Source: an uncultured Verrucomicrobiae bacterium
GTDB taxonomy: Bacteria; Verrucomicrobiota; Verrucomicrobiia; Limisphaerales; Palsa-1400
DNA: 64,000 nt
Assembly: GCA_963707025.1 (NCBI GenBank)
Contig: CAVPOM010000014.1
Coordinates: 32,001-96,000 of the forward strand
Reading direction: 5' to 3'
Shown one piece after another: positions 1 through 10,599 of the stretch; positions within the stretch are counted from its first letter, which is position 1, and each line of letters begins with the position of its first letter. Below the pieces are notes generated by a model. It searched no databases, was not told the origin of the DNA, and was given only the letters and a program-made list of their open reading frames with translations. A program made the translations under genes and the position numbers.

Positions 1-1401
1 GTCCTGGTCGGTCTGGTTGGGGCGCAATTCCGCCGACGGCGGTTTGGTCAGGGACGACGTTGGGATGAGTTCGCGCTGGCGGTTGATCCATCGGGCCAGC
101 CGATACACCATCGTTTTGGGAACGTCGCTGATCACCGCCAGCCCGCCGCACATGTCGCCGTAGAGCGTGCAATAACCCACCGCCAGTTCGCTTTTATTGC
201 CGGTTGTCAACACCAGGGAGCCAAACTTGTTGGACAGCGCCATTAAAATCAAGCCGCGCAACCGCGCCTGGATGTTCTCCTCCGTGGTGTCTTCCGCCAG
301 CCCGCGGAACACCGGCTGCAATTGTTGGCGCACCGAGGCGAACGGCGGCTCGATCGGGATGACATCGTAGGCGATGCCCAGCCGTCCGGCCAGGAGGCGC
401 GCGTCATCCAGGCTGCCCTGCGACGAATACTGCGAGGGCATCGAGACGACCCGCACATTCTTCGCCCCCAGCGCCTCCACCGCCAGGCAGGCCACCAGCG
501 CCGAATCAATCCCCCCGCTCAATCCCAGCACCGCCGATTTGAACCCGCATTTCCGCATGTAATCCCTCAGCCCCAGCACCAGCGCGTTGTAAATGTTCTC
601 CTCCTCCGCTACCGCCGGCGCCGGGATGACGGGGCTGTTCGCCGTGTCCACCACCACGAAGTCCTCCTCGAACGACTTGGCCCGCGCGATCAGCTCTCCC
701 GCCGCGTTGAAGGCCATGCTGCTGCCGTCAAATATAAGTTCATCGTTTCCGCCCGCCATGTTGCACAGCAGCACCGGCCGCCGCGACTTGTGCGCCAGGC
801 TGGCCAGCATCTCCTGCCGCAATTTCTCCTTGCCCACGTTCCAGGGCGACGCCGAGATGTTCAACAGGATTTCCGCCCCGGCGGATACCAGCCCGGCGAT
901 GGGATTGGCGCGATATAGCCTGTGCGGCCAAAAATCCTCGTCGTTCCAGATGTCCTCGCAGATGCTCAGTCCGCACGGGTGCCCGTTCACCGCCACGGGC
1001 GCATTGTCTTTTCCCGGCTCAAAATAACGGTCTTCATCAAAAACATCGTAGGTGGGCAGCAATGTTTTCAGGCGCGTGGCCGCGATTTTTCCCCCTTGCA
1101 ACAGGGCCGCTTCATTGGTGCAGGGTCGGCCGGGCGCGGTTTTATTCTCTCCCGCGTAGCCGACCAGGAGGGCGGTTTTGCCGCTGGCGGCCGCCAGGCG
1201 CTGGAGCGCCTCCAGGTTTTTGGCGATGAAATCCTTTTTCAGCAAAAGATCGCGCGGCGGATAGCCGGGGATGCTCAATTCGGGAAACACCACCAGGTCG
1301 AGCAACTCCGCCTCGCCTCGCCGGGCCGCCTGCAGGATTTTGGCTTCGTTGCCGGCCAGGTCGCCGACGGTGGGGTTGATCTGGGCAAGGGCTATTCTCA
1401 T
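1..1401 (-). CDS. nadE: Glutamine-dependent NAD+ synthetase (3' end runs off the window)
   Basis: Hand translation from ATG at 1401 gives MRIALAQINPTVGDLAGN...VVFPEL...GYPPRDLL (nitrilase-like domain) and later VLGLSGGIDSALVA and TGNKSE (synthetase motifs). Missing from the ORF track because its stop is outside the window. Confidence 0.95.
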   Translation of the reverse strand, partial: MRIALAQINPTVGDLAGNEAKILQAARRGEAELLDLVVFPELSIPGYPPRDLLLKKDFIAKNLEALQRLAAASGKTALLVGYAGENKTAPGRPCTNEAALLQGGKIAATRLKTLLPTYDVFDEDRYFEPGKDNAPVAVNGHPCGLSICEDIWNDEDFWPHRLYRANPIAGLVSAGAEILLNISASPWNVGKEKLRQEMLASLAHKSRRPVLLCNMAGGNDELIFDGSSMAFNAAGELIARAKSFEEDFVVVDTANSPVIPAPAVAEEENIYNALVLGLRDYMRKCGFKSAVLGLSGGIDSALVACLAVEALGAKNVRVVSMPSQYSSQGSLDDARLLAGRLGIAYDVIPIEPPFASVRQQLQPVFRGLAEDTTEENIQARLRGLILMALSNKFGSLVLTTGNKSELAVGYCTLYGDMCGGLAVISDVPKTMVYRLARWINRQRELIPTSSLTKPPSAELRPNQTDQD

Positions 1402-1419
1402 TATTGTGGTTGGCCAAAT

Positions 1420-1989
1420 TTATCGGGCAGGACCACGTTTGGGCGTGAAGGTTTCTGCAAAACTCCCGTGCTCGGTGCGCACCAGCGTCCCCACGCCAAT
1501 ATGATGCTGCTCAAACCAGCCGTGGCTGGTTTCCAGCACATATTGCACATTGCTGGCGGTGGCAGCGACCAGGTTGGTGCTGTCGGGCTGAAAATCGTGC
1601 AGTTCCAAAATAATCCCGGACGGGTCAATGTAAGCGCCGGAAAGAGCCAGCGGGCAATTCTTCGTCCAGAGGGTGGGCTGCGTCGGCCGCCCCAGGACAA
1701 ACAACATCCCGCCGTTCTCCTCGATATTGGTTCGATACATCATCCCGGCAATGAGCTGTTCCGTCGTTACCGCCAGCTCGGCCGTCATTTCTTCTGTCCC
1801 CAGCCACACTTTCATCGTGCGCAATTTCGGCAGCGCCTGGGTCGGCAACTGCCGCAGGACCGCGCGTGGAAACGCGACGGCGGACGCTGGCGCGGGAGCG
1901 GGCGGAGGCGGCGCCGGGGCAGCCTCTTTCCGGCAAGCCCCGGCCATCAATCCCGCTCCGGCCATTGCTGTAACCACACCCCAGTTCAT
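1420..1989 (-). CDS. DUF192-family lipoprotein
   Basis: Lipobox-like LMAGAC, Pro-rich linker, then AELA...GMMYR...GMLFV...YVLE pattern of DUF192. Confidence 0.8.
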   Translation of the reverse strand: MNWGVVTAMAGAGLMAGACRKEAAPAPPPPAPAPASAVAFPRAVLRQLPTQALPKLRTMKVWLGTEEMTAELAVTTEQLIAGMMYRTNIEENGGMLFVLGRPTQPTLWTKNCPLALSGAYIDPSGIILELHDFQPDSTNLVAATASNVQYVLETSHGWFEQHHIGVGTLVRTEHGSFAETFTPKRGPAR

Positions 1990-2070
1990 AAACGCACAGG
2001 ATGCTGGCGGCGCCGCCGGATTTCAATCAAACAGTGCAATGCTTCCGTGACGGCGGCAGGCGCCGTCGGA

Positions 2071-2174
2071 GCGCGCCCGTCTCCGGGCACAGCAACGTCC
2101 AGCCTCCCGCGCCACCCGGCAAATACGGACGCTGCCGATTCTCCGGGAAAAGCTGCGCCGGGGGACGGGCGCGC
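2071..2174. repeat. Long imperfect inverted repeat (REP/REPIN-like) between divergent genes
   Basis: gcgcgcccgtctccgggcacagc (2071-2093) versus gctgcgccgggggacgggcgcgc (2152-2174), 20/23 complementary. Confidence 0.7.
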
Positions 2175-2236
2175 GCCTCCTCCGACACCTTGCGGAAAGG
2201 CTGGACTTTCTCCCTCGTTCCGCCAATCAATGGAGC

Positions 2237-4790
2237 ATGCTGAACCACCTTTGCACTCTGGGCCTGGCCCTGCTCGTGACGGTCGCGTCCAGCGCCCGGG
2301 CCGGCGACAGCGGCCTGAATGTCATCGTCGTCGTCAACCAAAACAGCAGCAATTCCGTCCAGCTTGGCAACGATTATTGCGAACAGCGCGGGGTGCCGCC
2401 GCAAAACCTCTTTCGCATGACCGATTGGACGGGCGGTGCGATCAATTGGCAGCAGGGCGATTTTGAAAGTTATCTGCTCAATCCGCTGCTGGCCATGCTG
2501 TCCAGCCGCGGCCTGACCAATCAAGCCGGGATCGTCCTGCTCTCAATGGACATCCCCTACCGCGTTATAAACGACGACAGCCAGAACGGCACCACTTCGG
2601 CGCTCTTTTACGGATTCAAAACCAACACCGCGCCGCCGCCGGGCATGGGCCTGCCAGACAGTTGCTCCCTGCCCGTTGATTCGACCAACAGCTACGCCTA
2701 CAGCGAATTGCCCTTCGCCCTGGCGGAGCCGGCCACCGCCGCCACCAACGCCTTCCTGGCCGTGATGCTGACGGACACCAATCTGGCCCAGGCGGAGGCC
2801 ACCCTGGCGCGGGGCGTGGCCAGCGACAGCTCCTTTCCGCCGGAGACGGTCTGGCTGGAGAAAACCTCGGACACGGCGCGCAACGTGCGATTCATTTTGT
2901 TTGACAACGCCATTCAAGAGTGCCGCGCGCGGAACAACAACGCCGTGCGGCGAACCAACTCCGATTCCACCGCGTTGACGGACGCGCTGGGACTGGACAC
3001 CGGCCTGACCGATTTCTCGCTGCCGGCCGACGCCTTCCTCCCGGGTGCGGTGGCGGACAACTTGACGTCCTTTGGCGGGTATATTTTGGAGAACTCGGGC
3101 CAGACGCCGCTGCTGGCCTTCCTGGAGGCGGGCGCCTGCGGCAGTTACGGCACGGTGGTCGAGCCGTGCAACTACACCTACAAGTTTCCGGACCCGATGG
3201 TGTACTTCTACCGGAACCGCGGCTTTTGCCTGGCGGAAGCCTATTACCAAAGTCTGCCCAACCCGTACGAGGGCTTGATGGTTGGCGAACCGTTGTCGGC
3301 GCCTTTTGCCTGGCCCGGCTCGGCCGTCTGGATATCCCCGGCCGAGGGCAGCGTGCTCAGTGGTTTGGCCACCTTCAATCTCTCCTTCTCCGCCGCCTCC
3401 ACCAACCTGCCGCTGGCGCAGGTGGACTTGTTTGTGGATGGCGGCTTCGTCCAGACCGTGACCAACCTGACGCCCGGCGCCGGCAACATTCTTTCCGTGA
3501 CCATCGCCGGCGTCACGGCCAGTTACACGGTGGCTGGCGGCGATTCGCTCGCTTCCGCCGCCAGCGGGCTGGCGTCCGCCCTGGCGGCGCAGCAAACCAA
3601 CACCGGCGTGCAGGCGGGTGCCGTGGGTGACCCGCTTGGTGCTGCGGTCACAGAATGTGGCCACGCTGGGCGGCCAGATCACGCTGCAAGCCGGCGCGGC
3701 CATTGGCACGGCGGCGGCCCTGACCTCGTTCGCCACGCCGGCGCAGCCAACATTTCTGGATAGCACCGCCTACGGCTACCACTTGGTGCAGGCCAGCAAT
3801 AATCCGAGCACGAATGACTGGCTGCAACTGACCTTCATTCTAACCAACGGCACGCCGGTGACGGTCGCCGTCACTAACACCCAATCCGGCACGACTATCA
3901 CCGCGTTCCTCCAGGCCCTGATGAACCAAATCAATGCCAATCCCGCCCTGCACGCCGTCGGCGGCGCCAACGCTTCCGACCTGCTGGAGTGGGGCAACGG
4001 CTCCTACGGCTTCCTGGTCAACGCCGCCTCTCCCGGCTGGCCGGCCGCGCAAATCCAGACTGTCTTCACCGGCTCAACCGACTTGGGCATAACGCCCCCC
4101 GCCACCAACACGCTCGACGACAATGCCGCCGACTTGCAACCCCGCGCCCATGTCTATCTCAGTTCCGGGACTGCGTCACTGCCGGTGAGCTTTACAGTGG
4201 ACACCACGCAGTTCGCCGACGGATTCCACGACTTGACTGCGGTGGCGTACGAGGGCACCAGCGTCCGCACGCAGACCCGGGTGGAGCGGATGGTGCAATT
4301 CCGCAACACGGCGCTCTCCGCCACCTTCGCCGCGCTTTCGCCCGCCGCCAACGGAGATCTTCAGTTTGCCATCGCCGCCAGCGCCACCAATATCGCCCGG
4401 ATCGAGTTATTTAGCACGGGCGGCTCGGTTGCCGTGGCGGCCAGCCAGGCGGCGGCGGATCTGGCGGCCCCGGCGGCAATCTTGGGTGCCGGCCTGCATC
4501 CTTTCCATGCCGTCGTGACGGACACCAACGGCCATCAGTATCAGACGCCAACGGTCTGGGAACAAGTGCCGGCGTTGCAACTGAGCGTCAGCGGGCCGCC
4601 GCTGGCGCTGAACTGGCCGGCGATCGCGGGTCGGCAGTACAGCATTTTGGCCGCGACCAGCCTCGGCGGTGCCTTTGAGCCGGCCGGCACCATCCTCGCC
4701 ACCAACGCGCGGGCGCAATGGACGATTGCCGCTCCGCCCGCCGGCGCGGTTTTTTACCGGGTGTCCGTGGCGCCCCAGGGAAAATATTGA
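2237..4790 (+). CDS. TIGR03790-like secreted protein with Ig-like domains and a C-terminal '...FYRV' domain; frameshift near 3630
   Basis: Signal peptide, VIVVVNQNS..S..LG..Y...RGVP and YGTVVEP...YQ...GEPL motifs in 2237..3763, continued coherently by 3618..4790. Confidence 0.75.
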
Positions 4791-4834
4791 CAGGGTGCCC
4801 GGCCCGCATCAGCATGGCTTGCGCCCTGGCCACT

Positions 4835-7563
4835 ATGAAAGAAGCAAAACAACGGGCTTGCACCCTGGTATTGGCGGCAACATTCGTCTTGACTGGAGGT
4901 CGCTTCCCGGGAGGAGCCACCGCCCTGATGGCCCAGGACAATCCCTCCTCCGCGCCAGCGCCGGCCAATGGGGCCAGCCGGCTCGTCGGGGAGTTGGGCG
5001 GCCCGGAGCGGCTGGTTTTTGAAGGTCTCCACACCTTCACGGCCGACGCCGTGCGCGCCGGCCTGCTCAATAATATTGATTTCCTCGTGGACTCCCACTT
5101 GGAGGCCCCGCTCGACAACTACCTTCAGACGCTGCGCGGCAAAGTGCAGGCCGGTTACCTGGCCGCCCGGCTTTCCAGACGTGCAGGTCAGCACGAGTCT
5201 GGATTCGGAAGGAAGCAGAATTTTGGTCAAGGTCAGCGAAGGACCCCGCTGCCTGCAGGCTGGGATTCGGGTCACCGGGGCCGGGACAATTCCCGTCGGG
5301 TTACTGCGGCGGCGCCTCACCCAAATCCCTCCTTCCGCCAATCCAACCAACCAATCCATCTCCGAGCGTTTGCAGGCCCTCCAGTCCAATCAGCCGAAGA
5401 CCTCAAACCAAGTCCCTTCCATCTCCTTCGATTCTCCTGCTTGGGAACCCGGCCAGCCGGCGTCTTTTGCCCCGTCATCCCTGGACGCCCTCTCCCAGGG
5501 CATAGACGGGGCCCTGCGGGAATTGGGTTATTTCTTCACCCGGACGGAGGTGAAAATTGTTCCGGATACAAACCACGGCACCGCCGATCTCCTCATCGCC
5601 GTCCTGGATGAAGGTTCTTCGGGTGTGATTGACCAAATCAACCTGTCGGGCCTGCGGCGCAACCGCCGCGCCGATGTGCTCAAATACCTGGCCTTGAAAC
5701 CTGGCCTGCCGGTGAACCGGCCACTGTTGATTCGGACCGAGAATTTGCTCTGGCGCTCGGCCCGCTTTCTGGACTTCACGGTCACTCCCGAAATCGTGCC
5801 GGAGCGCAACCACATCAATCTGAAAATCGCCTTGACAGAATATGATCCCATGCCCCCGCTCCAGCAAGACTTGTCCCGCGAGGCCAAGGCGCTCTTGCGG
5901 TTCTGCGACTGGCTGTCGGACCAGCCATCCTCGGGGCAGGACATCGTGGTTGCGGTAGGGACCCTCGAACAGCCCCTCCCTTGGCCCGGCCTGAGGACGG
6001 CCCGGGTCATTTTGTCGCCGCGCGGTCTGCTCATCACGGCCGGGGAGGACGCCGGGGGTGAAGCCGCGCCCCCGCTCTACGCGGCGCTTGCGGCGCGCGA
6101 CACGGTGGGGTTGTTTGATCTGGCGCGCCACTCCAAGCTGGCCATGGCCCTTACCAATTCGCGCTTTCAATCCACGGCCTTCCTCAACATTCTGCCCAAT
6201 CCGGACCCGGCAGCCGAGTCACCTTTCTCCATGACCTTTGGCGGGGGCGTCATAGGTGTGTACGACAAGACTGACCCGGCTCGAACAAATTCCGCGCCGT
6301 CCTTTCGCATGCAGCGGTTGCTTGCGCCCCTGGTTTTTGCCGCTCATGCCTATGAGCACAAGCAAGACATCCATTTCAGTTTTAGCAAGGGTCTGATGAC
6401 CCTGACCAACAAGGACTGGCGCCTCACCACCGAAGAGAAGTCGGGCAAAATGGTCGAACTCGAGCATGCTGGCCAAGGACAAAAAAACCGCCGTTCATGC
6501 TTCCATTCAAAGCCAGGCCTTTGACAGGGCTTGGGCGCAAATCAACCGGCTTTCCGCCGCCGATCACAATCAGGCTGACGCCAAAACCCCGATTGATTCC
6601 ATTCTCGCCTTCTTGCTGGAGGAGGCCGTTCGCGTCAATCCTCTGAGCTCCGCGCTTGCCACCGACCCTGCCGATGAACAACTCCGCCGCAGGACAGCCG
6701 CCCTCGAAAAAATCCTCGAGCGCCATCCCTTTGCTCCTCTGGATGCCATGATTGCCCGCCATCTCTCTCCAAAAGATTCCGAATCCTTTACCGTGCCGCT
6801 CACACGCGGGCCCCCGGCCCAAGGGACCGTCATATCCGTCCTGGCCCCGTTCGTCTTCCGTTTTGGCAACGATCTGTTGCCCCAAGGCTCGTGGCCTTGG
6901 CTGGTCCTGCGCGAGGCCGCTCTCTGCCTTGCCAACAAAGGACAATATGCCGACGTCGTGCTCCACGATGTTTATGAATCCGACCACACCGGGCCGGTCG
7001 GATACGAGGCCATCGCCAGACTGTTGGACTTGGCCAATTCCCCGGCCAGGGGTTTCTTTGCCAGCCGGGGTCTAACCCGGCTTTCCGCCGGAGATTTCCG
7101 CCACGATTACGAGTTGCTGCTCGACAGCAACTGCGTGTCGCGGCAGTGCCTTGTCAATTTGGCCCTGGGATTGGCGGGCTTGGACGACGGGGAGCTTGAG
7201 GCCCTGGCGGGACTTTTCTCACCGGACAACGCCGCCCTCCTGCGCCGGTCCGTCCAGTTATTGCGTCAAAATACCAGCCAGACCCTTGCGGAGACTCTTT
7301 CCCCTGTTCTGAATGAGGTTTGGGATAAGCGCCTCAAACAGATGATCGAAACCGATCTGCTCAAGCTGGCCAAGCCACCTGCCACCAACGCGCCATCCGT
7401 TCCCGCTCCCCCGGCCCATGATGTTCTTCCTGCCCCCCGACCCCGGCGCGTTGCTGCCCCCCGATCCTGGGCGGCTTGTTCGGCAGCGCGACCGTCTCCG
7501 CCGCAGCCGCCGGCGTCCCGCCGACGGGGTCTTTCGTCCGAAACTGGCCCGCCTGCCGGGTGA
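4835..7563 (+). CDS. Large secreted protein with POTRA-like N-terminal repeats; frameshifts near 5165 and 6470; C-terminus uncertain
   Basis: Signal peptide; LVFEGLHTFT..., GY...GFPDVQV...ILVKVSEGP, ELGYFFTRTEV...VLDEG...IDQINLSGLRR resemble POTRA units; joined across three ORF fragments. Confidence 0.55.
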
Positions 7564-7659
7564 GTCCGCCAGCCACTTGCCCAGGATTGGGGTGACCGGC
7601 GTTTTCCGGCGTTTTCGTGCTTGACGCCGGGGGCGGGAAGGACTTGCATGGTGGGCGTG

Positions 7660-8056
7660 ATGAAAATTACTAATTTCAAACCTGTTCTGGCCGCGGCGCT
7701 TGCCGGCGTGGCCCTGTTGGTTGCCGGCTGCGTTTCCACCCCCACCGGCGCCAAGGCCGGTGTGCCGTGGGCCCAGGACACGGGTCACCAGCCGCTACCA
7801 GCGCCCCGTGGAACAGTTGGTCGCCGCCACCCGCGCCGTCCTCAAACACAACGGGAGGTTGCTGGTGGACAATTCTGTTGACAACTCCTTCAGGGCCAAA
7901 GTCAACGAGCGCGACGTCTGGGTGAAAATCACCAAGGTGGACGACAAAGTGTCCCAGGTGGTGGTGCTGGTTCGCAACGGCCTGGGGGGCGATATTCATC
8001 TCGCCGCCGAATTGGACAAACAGATCGCCCTGAACCTGCAGGCCGTCACCCCTTAG
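7660..8056 (+). CDS. DUF3568-like lipoprotein; frameshift near 7780
   Basis: MKITNF...LLVAGC lipobox joined to VTSRYQRPVEQLVAATRAVLK...GGDIHLAAELDKQI. Confidence 0.65.
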
Positions 8057-9242
8057 CCTTTTTCAGGCCCAGGTCCTTCTCATAGTGGCCCATGGTCTTG
8101 ACCTGGGTGGTCTGGCCGCGTTTGAGTTCCGCCTGCAACGAGGCCAGCCGCGCCAGCGTCGGCTCGGCCGTGGCGGGGCTGGGGAATTGTTCCAGGATGC
8201 GCCGCAGGGTGGCCTCCGCCCCGGCCAGATCCTTGCCAAAACGAATCTGCAAATCCGCCAGCAGGTTGAGCCACTGCACAATGTGCCGGGGCGTTTCGTT
8301 GGGAAAGGCGATCAATTGTTCCAATTGGTCCGCCGCCAGATCCAGGCGGTGAAAGTGCTCGGCGTAAAGCACCGCCAGCTTTTCCCGCGTGGCCGTGTCG
8401 GCCGGATGCTTCTGCAATTGCTGGACGCACTCCTCCGCCAGCGCGCCCGGGTCCTCGACCACCGCCGCCGGACCCGTATAATCTGGGCGCAAGCCGATAT
8501 TCTTCTCCCCCGGCCGCAGGTCCACGGTGGCGCTCGTCCGCGCCGCCACCAGATGCTCCACCGTGGGCAGATGGGCCAGCCGCTGCGCGGCCTGATGCGC
8601 GAAGGGCGTGTCCGGCAACTCATTGACGATCCTTTCCAGCGCCAGCCGCGCCGCCTCCGGGTCCTGGGCAAATTGGAGATGCCAGTCCGCGATGGCCGTC
8701 AGCGCCGAGGCCCTGCCCTGCGGCGTGGCCGCCGGCCCCTCCATCCAGCGTTCCAGGGTGAGTTGCGCGCCCGGCAAATCATTCATGTCTTCCACCAAAA
8801 TGGAGGCCAGGAGCAGGGCGCCGTGATAGTCGCCCGGGAATTTTTCCAGTTGTTCGCGCACCAGGGCAATCGCCTCCTGCGGATGGCCGTTGCGCCGCTT
8901 GGTTTCGGCAATGGAATAAAAAGGCTGGGCTTCCAGGGGCACATCCCCGCCGTCAATCGCGTCGGTCAGCGGACTGGCCAGCATCGCGCCAAGCCCCGGC
9001 GCCCACATCACGGCCATGGCAATGCCCACTGGAACCATGGCAATCGGCCAAGTCCACTCCGGCATATGCCGCAGGAGCAGGACCGTCCCCACGATGATTC
9101 CAGCCGAGACAATCCATTTGACTACCAGCTTGGCCGGTTCCGCGCTTTTGCGCAGGCACCGCCAGGCGAACGCGATCCCGCCTCCCAACAGCAGCGCCGC
9201 AGTGCCGATGTCCAGGACGATGCGCCATGTGCTCGGGTTCAT
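8046..9242 (-). CDS. Membrane-anchored tetratricopeptide-repeat protein
   Basis: Three N-terminal hydrophobic helices followed by repeated helical TPR-like units (e.g. AEATLRRILEQFP). Confidence 0.7.
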   Translation of the reverse strand: MNPSTWRIVLDIGTAALLLGGGIAFAWRCLRKSAEPAKLVVKWIVSAGIIVGTVLLLRHMPEWTWPIAMVPVGIAMAVMWAPGLGAMLASPLTDAIDGGDVPLEAQPFYSIAETKRRNGHPQEAIALVREQLEKFPGDYHGALLLASILVEDMNDLPGAQLTLERWMEGPAATPQGRASALTAIADWHLQFAQDPEAARLALERIVNELPDTPFAHQAAQRLAHLPTVEHLVAARTSATVDLRPGEKNIGLRPDYTGPAAVVEDPGALAEECVQQLQKHPADTATREKLAVLYAEHFHRLDLAADQLEQLIAFPNETPRHIVQWLNLLADLQIRFGKDLAGAEATLRRILEQFPSPATAEPTLARLASLQAELKRGQTTQVKTMGHYEKDLGLKKAKG

Positions 9243-10144
9243 TGCTCCTTGGGCATATCAAATTTCAGATCGGTATGCGAGTGAATTTTTAGGTTGTCAA
9301 TTCCCATTTCTTCCAGTTGCCAATGTCCGCGGGCGTCCTTTTTGAAGCTCTTGTGATCCAGGGAAAACTCCTTGATCTCGTGGCCCTCGCTGTCATAAGC
9401 CTCCGCCACCAGCGGCCCCGGCGTCTGTTCATCAATCCAGGATTTGACCCGCACGATGCCGGCTTTCCCGGAATTGGTGCTCTCCAAAACATAACAGGGC
9501 TGGCCCAGCCGTTGCTCGCGGGGCAACAACTCGCATTGTCCCGGCCAGTGCAAAAACTCCAGCCCCAGATCCCCCAGCGAAAAGTCCGAGCCGGCAAAAG
9601 GCGCCTCCGTGGCCTCGGGCAAAACCGGACTCAGTTCGGGAAGCGGCGCGCCCGGATGGGCGGCGCGCGCATAGAGATACCGGTTCGGTCCGTTGGTGGT
9701 GTGGATGATGACCAGCCGCTCGGCCCCCGCCGTGGAGGTCGCCTCCGCCTGATAAATCGTCTCCCAGGATCCCTCCTGCATCTTCACCTGGCAAACGACC
9801 GGAATTTTGCTCTTGGTTTTCCCGGAGTTGATGAGGAGGACGCCGTGAATCTCGGAGTTCGTCTCCGGCACGGCGGATCGGATCAGTTCCGCCAGCCTCT
9901 GGCCGCCAGCCTGGTCCCTCACGGCGGGCGCCGGGAAGGGCAGCCCGCCGGCCAGTGCAGTGTAATTGACTCCAAGGGCCGCCAGCGCGACGGCCAACCA
10001 CCGGCGGACGACACTCAAAAAGCCCTTGCGGCCATTGCCAGCGCACGCTTTGAGGCAGGGCGGGCAGTCCCCTGCCCGCCGCCCACAACGGTCCAGTTCT
10101 GTGAGCGAATCGGCTTTTTCGGGCTGGCTTTTGTCCGGACGCAT
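9239..10144 (-). CDS. Outer-membrane lipoprotein-sorting (LolA-like) family protein
   Basis: PFAGSDFSLGDL, CYVLES, VKSWID, EAYD..G...KEF motifs. The true start may be downstream of 10144. Confidence 0.65.
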   Translation of the reverse strand: MRPDKSQPEKADSLTELDRCGRRAGDCPPCLKACAGNGRKGFLSVVRRWLAVALAALGVNYTALAGGLPFPAPAVRDQAGGQRLAELIRSAVPETNSEIHGVLLINSGKTKSKIPVVCQVKMQEGSWETIYQAEATSTAGAERLVIIHTTNGPNRYLYARAAHPGAPLPELSPVLPEATEAPFAGSDFSLGDLGLEFLHWPGQCELLPREQRLGQPCYVLESTNSGKAGIVRVKSWIDEQTPGPLVAEAYDSEGHEIKEFSLDHKSFKKDARGHWQLEEMGIDNLKIHSHTDLKFDMPKEQ

Positions 10145-10599
10145 GCTTCAGCGAAAAGTTATATTCGGTTAAATCTGGTTGAGTTTACCCAAATTGGGCT
10201 GCGGAGTCGAGTGCTGACTGATCAATGGAAGGAATTCGCGAACTGGCTCCTCCGACGCCAAGCTTATGGAGGACAGGGCGAATTGCGCGAATCCTGAGTG
10301 AAGTAGTGATGCATTGGAGCGATGGCATGAGGGCATGGTGATTTAAAAAAAGTACTTTGATTTAGCGCGATTTGACTTGTTGGTTCCTGATTCTGAAAGC
10401 TCGTTTGGAGTGTAAATGGTTTATGGATAGGGACTTGAGTTGATTTTCTGCGAAAAGGCTCAAAACGCGCAGTAAAAGACGCTGTTGCTGTGCATGCATC
10501 GTAAAGTTTAGTGATTTGGCAAGGTATTGGTGGGACAGAATTGGAGTGATGGAGTGATGGAGTGATGAAGTTATGGGCATGGTCAAGGTTGAAGAAATG

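Noticed and set aside
322..2466. Long plus-strand ORFs (322..918, 922..2466)
   Set aside because: Antisense shadows of nadE and the DUF192 gene, typical of high-GC DNA.
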